This document shows, in pieces, positions 8,222 through 17,399 of a DNA stretch of 25,857 bases (within the stretch, counting starts at the first letter, position 1; each line of letters starts with the position of its first letter). A program made the translations under genes and the position numbers. Below the pieces are notes generated by a model. It searched no databases, was not told where the DNA came from, and worked only from the letters and a program-made list of their open reading frames with translations. Source of the stretch: an uncultured Deferribacteres bacterium (lineage in GTDB: Bacteria > Zhuqueibacterota > Zhuqueibacteria > Zhuqueibacterales > Geothermadaptataceae); assembly GCA_964014485.1 (NCBI GenBank), contig CAXHAT010000113.1:1-25857 (forward strand). Reading direction: 5' to 3'.

Positions 8222-9457
8222 ATGAAGCTTATCAACCGCTTTTTGTTTTTAAGCGCAGCCTTGTCCATCGCTTGTTCTGCAAAGTCTCCACAAGTTGAAG
8301 CCCAAACAGTACTTCCCGGCATCGACGCTCTGCGCAAGCGCAATTTCGATGTTCTTGCTGGAAAACGAATCGGTCTCATCACCAATCCAACGGGCGTCAG
8401 CGCTGATTTGACTTCGACGATTGATATTCTCAACGATGCGCCGCAGGTTAAGCTTACGGCGCTTTTTGGCCCGGAACACGGCGTGCGCGGGAACATTTTC
8501 GCCGGTAAAAAAATCAAGGACTACGTTGATGAACGGACGGGACTGCCGGTTTACAGCCTTTACGGCTCCACCAGAAAGCCGACTCCTGAAATGCTCGAGA
8601 ACATTGACGTTCTGGTCTATGACATTCAAGACATCGGTTCGCGCGCTTACACGTACATTTACACGATGGCCTACGCGATGCAAGCGGCGGCGGAAAAGGG
8701 CTTGCAGGTTGTCGTGCTCGACCGCCCAAATCCGTTAGGTGCGAAATTGATTGAAGGGCCTGTGTTGGAAGAAAAGTTCTCTTCGTTTATCGGGCTTTAC
8801 CCGATCCCTTACATTTACGGCATGACCGTCGGCGAACTCGCGCAGTATTTTAATAAAGAATTTAACATCAATGCCGACCTGACTGTTGTGAAAATGCAAG
8901 GCTATCGTCGGAACATGACTTTTGAAGAAACCGGCTTGCAATGGGTGGCGACTTCGCCGCACATTCCCCACGCGGAAACAGCGATCTTTTGTGCAACAAC
9001 GGGCATTATTGGCGAGCTCGGGAAAGTTTCGGAAGGCGTTGGCTATACGCAGCCATTTGAGATGATTTGTCAGGAATGGATCGCGCCGCAGGCGTTTGCC
9101 GAGAACCTGAATCGCCGGAATATCACGGGCGTACATTTTCGCCCGGTTTACATTCGTCCGTATTATTTCAGCATGAAAGGCAAAGAACTTGGCGGCGTTC
9201 AAATTCACATCACCGATCCCCAAGAATTCTCACCAATGCGTGCGCAGTTGCACATTATGGCCGCGCTTATCGAGCTTTATCCAGAGCAAAATCTCTTTAA
9301 AACCGATCGCATGTCGATGTTTCAAAAAGCGATGGGAACTGACAAAGTGCATCAAGCGCTTCTTGCCGGTACCTCGCCGGAACAGATTATGGCGTCGTGG
9401 AAAACGGAGATCGTGCGCTTCAAATCAAAGCGCCAGAAATATTTACTCTACAAATAA
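8222..9457 (+). CDS. namZ: Exo-beta-N-acetylmuramidase NamZ (DUF1343/YbbC), probable lipoprotein
   Basis: GKRIGLITNPTG, LFGPEHG, VYSLYG, DIQDIGSRAYTYIYTM, VLDRPNP, GMTVGELA, TSPHIP; LSIA-C lipobox. Confidence 0.92.
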   Translation: MKLINRFLFLSAALSIACSAKSPQVEAQTVLPGIDALRKRNFDVLAGKRIGLITNPTGVSADLTSTIDILNDAPQVKLTALFGPEHGVRGNIFAGKKIKDYVDERTGLPVYSLYGSTRKPTPEMLENIDVLVYDIQDIGSRAYTYIYTMAYAMQAAAEKGLQVVVLDRPNPLGAKLIEGPVLEEKFSSFIGLYPIPYIYGMTVGELAQYFNKEFNINADLTVVKMQGYRRNMTFEETGLQWVATSPHIPHAETAIFCATTGIIGELGKVSEGVGYTQPFEMICQEWIAPQAFAENLNRRNITGVHFRPVYIRPYYFSMKGKELGGVQIHITDPQEFSPMRAQLHIMAALIELYPEQNLFKTDRMSMFQKAMGTDKVHQALLAGTSPEQIMASWKTEIVRFKSKRQKYLLYK

Positions 9458-9477
9458 ATAAAATTTGGGGACGAGTT

Positions 9478-9708
9478 AAAGGAGTGCAAGGCTTGCCTTG
9501 CTTTTCAGCGGCGGGCTTGACCTGAATCGTACGTTTCATCCTACTTTTTGATGGAACGTTTAGTTCTTGTTCAGTTTAGCCGGATGAGAGGCGGGGCAAA
9601 CTTTACACTCCTTTTGTTCTGCCTGAATACACAACAAACTCAAGATTTTGAACGGATAATTTCGGCAAAACCTGCGATCGCATGGCAAGGCAAGCCTTGC
9701 ACTCCTTT
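9478..9708. repeat. GGAGTGC-type REP doublet between convergent genes (perfect 24-bp inverted repeat plus a degenerate third copy)
   Basis: aaaggagtgcaaggcttgccttgc (9478-9501) and gcaaggcaagccttgcactccttt (9685-9708); decayed copy gcggggcaaactttacactccttt at 9591-9614. Confidence 0.85.
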
Positions 9709-9733
9709 TCAACCTGCGCCGCAACCTACTGCG

Positions 9734-10687
9734 TTAATACATCAAAAACGGCATGGGGGTAAAAGAAAAGATGAAAACGACAAAAAGGAATACCGCCAGA
9801 GCTTTCCGTACGGGGTCAAGGGGCGTTACGGTTTGCAGCGTCGGGGGGTGTTCAATTCGAAAAAACATCAAGAGCAAAATCAAGGGAATCCAACCGGGGT
9901 AGAGCGAGAGTGCGATCAGGATGAAAACGCTCGCCAAAACGGGGTAGACTTTGTTGCTTTTCTCGCCCATTAACGCATACAAAACATGCCCGCCATCAAG
10001 CTGCCCGACGGGGAAGAGATTCAGCGCTGTGATGAACAAGCCCGCCCAGCCTGCAAACGCAAGCGGGTGCAGTGACTCCAAAGTGGCGAATTCAAAACTC
10101 TTGCCTGCCATTGCGGCAAACAGCTCAAAAACCAGAGATTTTCCAAGAATAAGCGTTGCTTGCGGCGTCTCCGCTGAATGAACTTCCGGCGTGGACATCA
10201 TTAATCCCCAAAACAAAGCGAGTAGGGTTGGGACTAGACCAGCGAGCGGGCCGCCTGCGCCAATATCGAAGAGCACCCGGCGGTTTTGCATTCGCCCTTC
10301 CATGCGAATGACGGCGCCCATTGTGCCGAACGGGTTCAGCCAAATTGAGCTGGCCAAATTGAATGGATTTATCAAAGGCGGGAAGGGGATGAAGTACGGA
10401 AGGGTGGCGCGCACGCCGTATTTTCGGCACATGAGGTAGTGCCCCATTTCATGCGAAAAAAGTATGGTGATGATCCCTGCGCTGAACCACAATCCTGCTG
10501 TTACTGAGCCGCCGCTGATCAAAAAAGCGGTGCCAAAAGTTGTTAGGCACGTGACGACGAAAAGAACAATGTTTAACTTAAGCCCCCTGCCTCGCCGGTT
10601 GGGCGCGAGGTTGTTTTCCTCAAAGGCGTTTATGTCGCTTTCCTTGCGCCGACGCCCGAAAAGTCGCTCTAATATTTTTAAAAACAT
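9734..10687 (-). CDS. Site-2 protease family (peptidase M50) intramembrane metalloprotease
   Basis: HEMGH zinc motif, GTMGAVI, AGGPLAG, NLFPVGQLDGGH. Start reassigned to ATG 10687 (AGGA upstream, removes overlap with the DUF62 gene). Confidence 0.92.
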   Translation of the reverse strand: MFLKILERLFGRRRKESDINAFEENNLAPNRRGRGLKLNIVLFVVTCLTTFGTAFLISGGSVTAGLWFSAGIITILFSHEMGHYLMCRKYGVRATLPYFIPFPPLINPFNLASSIWLNPFGTMGAVIRMEGRMQNRRVLFDIGAGGPLAGLVPTLLALFWGLMMSTPEVHSAETPQATLILGKSLVFELFAAMAGKSFEFATLESLHPLAFAGWAGLFITALNLFPVGQLDGGHVLYALMGEKSNKVYPVLASVFILIALSLYPGWIPLILLLMFFRIEHPPTLQTVTPLDPVRKALAVFLFVVFIFSFTPMPFLMY

Positions 10688-10710
10688 TCTTCCTGAAATT
10701 CGCGAATCGA

Positions 10711-11496
10711 TTAATTTTGAATGATGAGCCTGACTTTTCGTTGTTTGTAATCGGGGAAAAACGCTTTTGCACTCCCCTGATTCACGGCAATTTCCAGCCT
10801 TTGGAAACTTCCCCAAATCGCGAGCGGTTCGCCGTACTTTTTCTCCGCGTAAGCTTGAACCGGGCTGCCGAGACAAGACTCGCCAAACCAGACTTCCGTT
10901 ATTTGAAAGTCGCAATCTGTCGCCAAAATCGAGCTGACAAGATTGCCGAATCGGTCGACATATGCAATTTCGCCCGTGATAACATTTCCCGCTCTTTCCG
11001 CTTTTGTTTTTTCAAGACGGACAATTGTTCCAACAGGCCGGCCTAACTCTTGGGCTGGCGTTCCCGTCGCAAGATGCGCTGCAACCGGAGCAAAAATATC
11101 GCGACCGTGAAAAGTGTGCGAAACGTTTGGCGTCCAAAACGCTTTTTCTGATACTTCAAAAAACTCTGCGTCTTCAAATTCCGTCAAAGGCGTTAACAAA
11201 CCATTATCCGGCGCAAGAAAAAATTGGTTTTCGGCACGCGCTAAAATAATTTTTCGCTGAGACCCTACGCCTGGATCAACGACAGCGACATGAACCGTTT
11301 TTTCGGGGAAAAATGGGAAATGCGCGCTCAACAAAAAAGCTGCGGCGGCAACGTTCTGCGGCTCAATTTGGTGAGAAATGTCGACGATTTTCGTCTCCGG
11401 GGAGATGCTGTAAATAACCCCTTTCATCGCAGCCGAGTAGCCGTCTTCTAAACCAAAATCCGTGAGAAGCGTGATAATCGGACTGCTTTTTTTCAT
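10711..11496 (-). CDS. SAM hydroxide adenosyltransferase (DUF62 SAM hydrolase)
   Basis: ITLLTDFG, VAVVDPGVGSQR, APDNGLL, TFHGRDIFAP, DRFGN, LEIAVNQGSA, with the Asp-Arg-His triad residues present. Start set at MKKSS (11496). Confidence 0.92.
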   Translation of the reverse strand: MKKSSPIITLLTDFGLEDGYSAAMKGVIYSISPETKIVDISHQIEPQNVAAAAFLLSAHFPFFPEKTVHVAVVDPGVGSQRKIILARAENQFFLAPDNGLLTPLTEFEDAEFFEVSEKAFWTPNVSHTFHGRDIFAPVAAHLATGTPAQELGRPVGTIVRLEKTKAERAGNVITGEIAYVDRFGNLVSSILATDCDFQITEVWFGESCLGSPVQAYAEKKYGEPLAIWGSFQRLEIAVNQGSAKAFFPDYKQRKVRLIIQN

Positions 11497-11498
11497 AT

Positions 11499-11963
11499 TT
11501 ATTTCTGTGCGATGCACGAAATCTCGACGTTCGCGCCGGCAGGCAAATTTACCACCTGCACTGCTGCGCGCGCGGGCTTGGATTCGCTGAAAAACTCGCT
11601 GTACACAGCGTTAATTTTTTTATAGTTTTCGATGTCCGTCATGTAAACGGTTGCGCGGACAACGTCATTGAAATCCATCCCGGCTTCCTTGAGAACGGCT
11701 CCGAGGTTTTCCAAAACTTGCCTTGTTTCTTCTTCTATCGTTCCGCTGATCATTTTTCCCGTCGCAGGATCAATGGCGATTTGTCCGGAACAGTAGAGCG
11801 TGTTGCCAACGCGAACGGCTTGACTGTAAGGGCCAATCGCTTTTGGCGCATTTGCCGACGAGATGATCTGTTTTTCCGCGCTCTTTTCTTGCGGCGTCCA
11901 GGCGCAGCCGGTAAAAAGCCAGACGACTAAACAGATGGCGCAAAAATAAATTCGTTTTGTCAT
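11499..11963 (-). CDS. ridA: RidA/YjgF family enamine/imine deaminase with an N-terminal lipoprotein signal
   Basis: APKAIGPYSQAV, SGQI, PARAAVQV, VEI motifs; leader MTKRIYFCAICLVVWLFTG-C; strong GAGGAGGAG RBS. Confidence 0.88.
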   Translation of the reverse strand: MTKRIYFCAICLVVWLFTGCAWTPQEKSAEKQIISSANAPKAIGPYSQAVRVGNTLYCSGQIAIDPATGKMISGTIEEETRQVLENLGAVLKEAGMDFNDVVRATVYMTDIENYKKINAVYSEFFSESKPARAAVQVVNLPAGANVEISCIAQK

Positions 11964-12018
11964 GATTCTCCCTCCTCAAAAATTTACATACACTGGCGAA
12001 ACGCTAATTCTTATCGGC

Positions 12019-13164
12019 TCATTTTAAACCAAGCGCAATCAAGTAAATGTCATCCCGCTGTGCTTTTTTTACAAAATCACGCATCCCGGAGATAACCTTG
12101 TCCGCAATGGTCGCTGCGTCTTTTGCTGCGACGGATTGGAAAAGTTCAGTGACGCCGTTGACGCCTAATTGTTCATTTTTTTCGTTTTCGACTTCGATAA
12201 TGCCGTCTGTGTAGAGCATAAGTTTGTCGCCGGGCTGGATGACGGTCTTGCTCTGTTCGAAGGTGTTGTGCTCTGAGCGGTCAAATCCAATGATTGGGTT
12301 TTGTGACTCGAGCATGTCGAAATTCTGATTGGTTTCGCGCCATAAAATGATGGCAGGGTGCGCACTGCCTGCGTACCGAAATTCGCCGGACTCTAAATTC
12401 AGCGCACAACTAAACATGGTCAAGAACATGCCGGTGCCCATGAAAGAATCGATGATGAAATCGTTCAATTGGTGTAGAATTTCGTCGGGATCGAGCTGCT
12501 CGCGCACCAATCTGCGGATTTCCATGCATGTGCGATTAACCAGTAGCGCCGATGCAATACCGTGGCCGGTGACGTCTACAATAGTGATATAAATTTCATC
12601 ATCTTTTGTGTAATAAACGTCGGAAAAATCGCCGCCGACTCCAATCATCGGCGCATACCGCACCGCAATTTCATAGCTGTCGGTCGAGATTGACTGAGGA
12701 ACAAGGCTTTCTTGAACTTGCGAGGCAAGCTTGAGGTCTTTGGCGATCATTTCTTGATGCGCTTGCAATTCAGCTTGCTGTTGGGCGATTTTTTGGCGCA
12801 TTTGCCGCAGTTCCAGCGCTTGCTTGACTTTAACGCGGAACTCTTTCATGTCGAGCGGCTTTGTCAAATATTCGAAGGCGCCGAGCTGCATGGCTTCTAC
12901 GGCGGAGGAAATAGAGCCGTGCGCCGTCAGAATGAGAACTTCAAGAAACGGATCATTCTTCTTGGCTGATTTTAAGACGTCGATTCCCCCTTTGTTCGAC
13001 ATGTGCAAATCGGTCAAGACGAGGTCGAAACGCTCGGTCATCAGATATTTGCAAGCTTCCGAGCCGTCTGCTGCGGTTTTAATATCGTGATTGTCTTTTC
13101 GAAGAATTTCGGCGAGTAAAAATCGAATGCTCTTTTCGTCGTCAACGACGAGGATTTTGGCCAT
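12019..13164 (-). CDS. Response regulator receiver fused to a PP2C/SpoIIE phosphatase
   Basis: KILVVDDE...LVLTDLHM...LTAHG...YLTKP receiver, a coiled coil, then GGDF, DVTGHG, YTDG and DD PP2C motifs. Confidence 0.93.
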   Translation of the reverse strand: MAKILVVDDEKSIRFLLAEILRKDNHDIKTAADGSEACKYLMTERFDLVLTDLHMSNKGGIDVLKSAKKNDPFLEVLILTAHGSISSAVEAMQLGAFEYLTKPLDMKEFRVKVKQALELRQMRQKIAQQQAELQAHQEMIAKDLKLASQVQESLVPQSISTDSYEIAVRYAPMIGVGGDFSDVYYTKDDEIYITIVDVTGHGIASALLVNRTCMEIRRLVREQLDPDEILHQLNDFIIDSFMGTGMFLTMFSCALNLESGEFRYAGSAHPAIILWRETNQNFDMLESQNPIIGFDRSEHNTFEQSKTVIQPGDKLMLYTDGIIEVENEKNEQLGVNGVTELFQSVAAKDAATIADKVISGMRDFVKKAQRDDIYLIALGLK

Positions 13165-13193
13165 GTTACTTTTCCTGATCCCTGAAGCTCGTC

Positions 13194-14966
13194 TTAGTTG
13201 TGATTGTTCACCCCCACTGCAAGTATCGTAATGTCGTCCGATTGTTGTGCGCCGCCACAGAATTTTGTGACAGCGTCGTGAAGATCAAGCACGAAGGATT
13301 TTGCCGTACTTTTTGGATTTTCGCGGATGAAATCTTCAATGCGATACTCTTCAAACTCTTCGCCCTCTTCATTCATCGCTTCGTTGACGCCGTCAGTAAA
13401 AAGCAGCAGCCAGTCGCCTGATGCAAGCTTGACTGTTTCTTGTTCAAATGGTACGTCCGGCATCATGCCTAAAATCAGCCCGCCGACCTCCAGCGTTTTT
13501 AATTCGCCGCCGTCGGTAAAAATATAGGGCGGGTTGTGTCCGGCGTTGACATAGGTCATCTCGTGTTTGCTTGTATCGATAATACCCACGAAAAATGTAA
13601 TGAATTTATCGAGCGGCGTGTTTTGATAAATGATATTATTGATTTTCGCGACGATTGCGGAAAGCGGTTTATCAGCATCGATCATTGCATGCAAACTCGC
13701 CTGCAAATTTGCCATCAAAAGCGATGCGCCGACGCCTTTGCCCGAAACGTCGCCGATGGCAAACGCGATGCGATCTTCATCGATAGTAATAAAATCATAG
13801 TAGTCGCCGCCCACCTGTAATGAAGACACATTCATGCCGTGAAAGTCAAATCCGGAGCAGCTAGGTTCGGTTTTCGGCAAGAGTCCAATTTGAATGTTCT
13901 TTGCAATCGCAAGCTCTTCCTCAAGGCGTTCGCGCGCAATCTTTTCACCGACAAGCCGTGCGTTTTCGAGCGGGCTCATCGCTGTGTTGCCGATAGCGTC
14001 CAAGAACTTCAAGTCGTTTTCACGGAACGGTTCCGGCCCGAATCGCCCGCCGACCAGAATCATGCCGCGCATTTCGCTTTTGTGCATCAGCGGCGTGAGC
14101 ATGCCGACGCCAAGATTGTCGAGAACGTCCCGCACTTCAGCGTCCTCAAGACTTTCGGTTAAAACGCCTTTCAGCGTTGCGCGCAATTTCGCCGTGAGCT
14201 TGTCAAAAGTTTCACCAAGCTCCGGCGTTTTTCGTAAACCTTTTACTATTGTAGGCTTAAACAAATCGTCGTCTGGATCTTCAAGCAAGATAATACACCG
14301 CTGCACCATCATTTCGCCCATGACGGCATAAGCAAGCGTCGTGGCAATTCTGTTGATATTCGCCACGCTGTCGGCGTCATCCGCCGTGTTTAGCTCTTTC
14401 AGTATTTCGTTGACAGTGTTCAGCTCCTGGTTGCTTTTTTCCAGTTGCCGATTTTTTTCGTCCAATTCAGCGATATATTTGCTGTTTTGAATGGCGGGAG
14501 CGGCGAGATTTGCCAGCGAAGAAATATACTCGATGTCTTTTTTTGTGAATGGTATGTTGCCGAGTTTCGCCCCAAGCAGGAAAAGGCCAATGCAATTATC
14601 GTGGCTCAATATCGGGCAGATAAGGCTGAGAGCGTTGCATTTAAAGGCTTCTTGCGCTTCCGCGTCCTTAATTTCATCAATGAGCGCGGGCTTTTTGCAA
14701 TCCGCCTGAACGTATACTTTTTCGCCGATGAGCTTTCTGGGCAAGCCCTTAACGGCGGTGTACTCATATTCCGATGATTGTTTTTTGAGAAGGATGGCGC
14801 CTTGCGTAATCAGCAAGCGTCCCATGGGCGCGAGGAGAAGCGTATCGAGAACTGTCTTGAGGTTTTGAGAAGTGTTGAGAGTTGTTCCAAACTCAAACAG
14901 GCTTTTAAGTTCAACTATGCGGCGGTCTTGTTCTTTGCTCAATTCGGCGGGCGTTGTGGCTTGCAA
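13194..14966 (-). CDS. rsbU: GAF-GAF-PP2C phosphatase (RsbU-like)
   Basis: Two GAF-like regions ending [21 protein letters not shown] helix, VGGDYYD, DVSGKG, NAGHNPP, FTDG, DDIT; TTG start with GAGGG RBS. Confidence 0.88.
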   Translation of the reverse strand: MQATTPAELSKEQDRRIVELKSLFEFGTTLNTSQNLKTVLDTLLLAPMGRLLITQGAILLKKQSSEYEYTAVKGLPRKLIGEKVYVQADCKKPALIDEIKDAEAQEAFKCNALSLICPILSHDNCIGLFLLGAKLGNIPFTKKDIEYISSLANLAAPAIQNSKYIAELDEKNRQLEKSNQELNTVNEILKELNTADDADSVANINRIATTLAYAVMGEMMVQRCIILLEDPDDDLFKPTIVKGLRKTPELGETFDKLTAKLRATLKGVLTESLEDAEVRDVLDNLGVGMLTPLMHKSEMRGMILVGGRFGPEPFRENDLKFLDAIGNTAMSPLENARLVGEKIARERLEEELAIAKNIQIGLLPKTEPSCSGFDFHGMNVSSLQVGGDYYDFITIDEDRIAFAIGDVSGKGVGASLLMANLQASLHAMIDADKPLSAIVAKINNIIYQNTPLDKFITFFVGIIDTSKHEMTYVNAGHNPPYIFTDGGELKTLEVGGLILGMMPDVPFEQETVKLASGDWLLLFTDGVNEAMNEEGEEFEEYRIEDFIRENPKSTAKSFVLDLHDAVTKFCGGAQQSDDITILAVGVNNHN

Positions 14967-15012
14967 TTTTCCCTCAAATCTTTGGCTCTGGAAAATGATT
15001 CAAAACGTGCGG

Positions 15013-15498
15013 TTAATCCGAAATGTATTTTATCAACTTGACCTCGTTCTTTTTGCCGGGCTCAATTGAATACTCAATTTCGTCCATCAGCGTACGCATC
15101 AAGTGAATGCCAAGCCCGCCGCGTTTCTTTTCCGCCCGATATTGTTCCATATCCAAGGACTTGTGTTTGCTGTAATCAAACCCCTTGCCTTTATCTGAAA
15201 CAACGATCACAAATTGTTTTGGATCGACCGTAACTGAGACTTCCAAGGGTTGGGCTTTGCGTTTTGAATTTTGGACTGCGTAGGCGTGCTTAACAACGTT
15301 GGCGCAGGCTTCGTCAACGGCGAGTTCAATTTTATCGATTTCAGCGCTCTCAATACCGATCTTGTGAGCGATCCTTGTGACAAAATCCCGGACAATTTCA
15401 AGGACGTCCGATTGCCCCGGGAGTTTTAATTGATATGTCTTCTTTGTTTTCGGCAAACTTCTTACACCTCGCTTGACGCCCTCAAGGGCTTCCGACAA
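15013..15498 (-). CDS. rsbW: Anti-sigma factor Ser/Thr kinase (RsbW-like)
   Basis: LAVDEACANVVKHAY, VSDKGKGFD, GGLGIHLMRTLMDE (HATPase_c_2-type motifs). Confidence 0.9.
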   Translation of the reverse strand: MSEALEGVKRGVRSLPKTKKTYQLKLPGQSDVLEIVRDFVTRIAHKIGIESAEIDKIELAVDEACANVVKHAYAVQNSKRKAQPLEVSVTVDPKQFVIVVSDKGKGFDYSKHKSLDMEQYRAEKKRGGLGIHLMRTLMDEIEYSIEPGKKNEVKLIKYISD

Positions 15499-15526
15499 AA
15501 ACGCCGCACTAGCTACCCGGCCTTAC

Positions 15527-15874
15527 TCAATTTTCGAATTTCGCTTTCGCTTCTTCGTCCGTATCTGTTATATCATAGAGAGCTGGGAAACCAAGAAGAT
15601 CAAAAACCCGGAAAATCTTTTCCGACATGCTCGATAATTTTATGTCCCCTTCATGCTGACGAATTTCTTCAATAAAGCCCATAAAAACGCCAAGCCCGGC
15701 GCTGCTGATGTATGTCAATTCGGCGAAGCTTACGATGATTCTGAACTTTTGTTCATTAACGCATTTTTCGAGAGCGTTTTCCAGAATAGGAGCGGTATGA
15801 GCGTCGAGGAAGCCCTTCAGATACAAAACGGCTATTCCGCCGTCATCGCGTTGAGTTACGTCAAATCCATCCAT
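15527..15874 (-). CDS. rsbV: STAS anti-anti-sigma factor (RsbV-like)
   Basis: LKGFLDAHTAP and YISSAGLG phospho-Ser motif; AAGGAG RBS. Confidence 0.92.
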   Translation of the reverse strand: MDGFDVTQRDDGGIAVLYLKGFLDAHTAPILENALEKCVNEQKFRIIVSFAELTYISSAGLGVFMGFIEEIRQHEGDIKLSSMSEKIFRVFDLLGFPALYDITDTDEEAKAKFEN

Positions 15875-15937
15875 GCAAACACTCCTTTGACCTATATTTG
15901 AAAAACCGTAATCTGCTCATACATTTTCAGCGCATAA

Positions 15938-15966
15938 TTAATATCAATTACAATCGTTAAATGCAA
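15938..15966 (-). promoter_or_regulatory. Possible sigma70-type promoter for the rsbV-rsbW-rsbU block
   Basis: TTGCAT-N17-TATTAA on the minus strand with TG just upstream of the -10, in an AT-rich spacer. Confidence 0.35.
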
Positions 15967-16070
15967 AGAAAAAAAGCTTTTTAGCCCGTCTTCCAGACCG
16001 TGTGGAAGAACCGCTATTCCAGCATCTAAGCATTTGTCCATCCATCTGAAAACATCGTTTCTGCTGTCGT

Positions 16071-17399
16071 CTATCTTAGTCTCGAACGATCTTCGATAAC
16101 CACCTTTACGAAAGCGCCTCGCGCCGTCAAGCCACTTATTTGTTCGCCAAAATTATTGAATTGTGCGAGCTTTCTGGCGCCCGCCTCCGCGACAAAGCAG
16201 TACCCGTTAAAATTATTCACCGCCAAATCTCTTGGCGCGTCCAAACCGGCGACCGAAAACTCAATGTCGCCGTTTTTTGAAATTTTGATGAGTTCGGAGT
16301 TCCTGAAATCACCGCCGGAATCGATCACCCAGCATGCGCCGGAAGCTTGGTCGACGGCAAGCTTTTCCGCCAAGCCGAACCCAGAGATTGTGGTCAGTTC
16401 AGCGGCGCCGTCAGGTTCAAAAATATGGACGGCGTTGCTATCTGCGACCCAAACAGCGCCGTTTTGTTCAAAAACGGCGAGGGATTGGATATTTGCAAAC
16501 CCCGTTCTTGTCGTTATGTTTTGACCGTTTCGATTGAATTCTCTTATGCGTGCGGCGCGTTTTTCAGCAACCCAAATCGAGCTGGTCTGGGGATTCAGAG
16601 CCACATCGCGCGGCTCTTGTAAATCAGTGATCTCGAATTGCGTCCTGCCTGCAAAATCTATTTTCCTGATAAATGATGAATCTTGCTTGAACACCCAAAT
16701 CGTGTTGTCAAATTCGTTCAATGCGATATCGGTGACTCTTCGCCCGACAAGAATGCTTTCGCCGAGTTCCCCGGTACGCAGATTTAGAATAAAAAGCTGT
16801 GGGGAGAAGAAATCCGCAATGACGCCGAATTGTCTTCTGGCATTTATGGTAAATGCAAAAGGTTCGATGAAGAGACTTGTTCGAAGCACTTCATGCCTGC
16901 CGTCGTGTGAAAGCTTGGAAACGCGGCCAGTCTCGGCGTCGAGGGCCCAGACGAACGTTGGTCCCGGCCGTATCTGAACGGAATCAGACGGCGGCGATTC
17001 ATAAGAATCCGTTGAAATCGAAATACGATACAATCTTTCCACGTCGAATGAAGCGCCGACGTCCCAAAAGACGGCGTCTGCGATCGGGGCTTCGGCAATT
17101 TTTGTGAAACGACTTTCAACCGCCAATTTGCGATAAATATTATAAGATAGAATGTCGTCGTGCGAATAGAGGGGAAGTTGCAGTCGAACTGAGTCGATAA
17201 TTGAAATGACTTCCGGCGGATCCGGCCTGCCCAAAGTCAGAGGATTTTGAGGGTCGAACGGATTGCTGCGGGTTCTCTCCGAGCAGTTTTGAGCAAGGAA
17301 AGCTATAAAAATAAATGAGATTATCAGGACGGGCAATGAGCGATTCGAATGCATTGGGGCGGGTGACTGTGCAATCTTTTCGTTGCGGCAAGGAATCAT
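16071..17399 (-). CDS. Putative lipoprotein with an FN3/Ig-like domain and an NHL-like beta-propeller
   Basis: Hydrophobic leader ending AQN-C, R-x-NPFDP motif, YNIYRK...YRIS FN3-like segment, repeated P-x-D-V/L-A...W-V-A-D/E blades. ATGA overlap with the upstream gene; alternative start 17354. Confidence 0.75.
   Translation of the reverse strand: MIPCRNEKIAQSPAPMHSNRSLPVLIISFIFIAFLAQNCSERTRSNPFDPQNPLTLGRPDPPEVISIIDSVRLQLPLYSHDDILSYNIYRKLAVESRFTKIAEAPIADAVFWDVGASFDVERLYRISISTDSYESPPSDSVQIRPGPTFVWALDAETGRVSKLSHDGRHEVLRTSLFIEPFAFTINARRQFGVIADFFSPQLFILNLRTGELGESILVGRRVTDIALNEFDNTIWVFKQDSSFIRKIDFAGRTQFEITDLQEPRDVALNPQTSSIWVAEKRAARIREFNRNGQNITTRTGFANIQSLAVFEQNGAVWVADSNAVHIFEPDGAAELTTISGFGLAEKLAVDQASGACWVIDSGGDFRNSELIKISKNGDIEFSVAGLDAPRDLAVNNFNGYCFVAEAGARKLAQFNNFGEQISGLTARGAFVKVVIEDRSRLR

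Noticed and set aside
9548..9973. 141-aa plus-strand ORF and the many other antisense or alternate-frame ORFs
   Set aside because: They are shadows of strongly supported genes or repeats, with no recognisable motifs.
10688..10915. 76-aa N-terminal extension of the site-2 protease
   Set aside because: It overlaps the DUF62 gene in another frame, and a better ATG with an RBS lies at 10687.
10711..11496. Fluorinase/chlorinase
   Set aside because: It has the DPGVG..R and TFHGRD signature of the DUF62 hydroxide adenosyltransferases rather than the halogenase variants.
11499..11963. RidA as the 2-aminomuconate deaminase of the kynurenine cluster
   Set aside because: It has canonical RidA motifs, an export signal and a location in a different transcription unit about 7 kb away.
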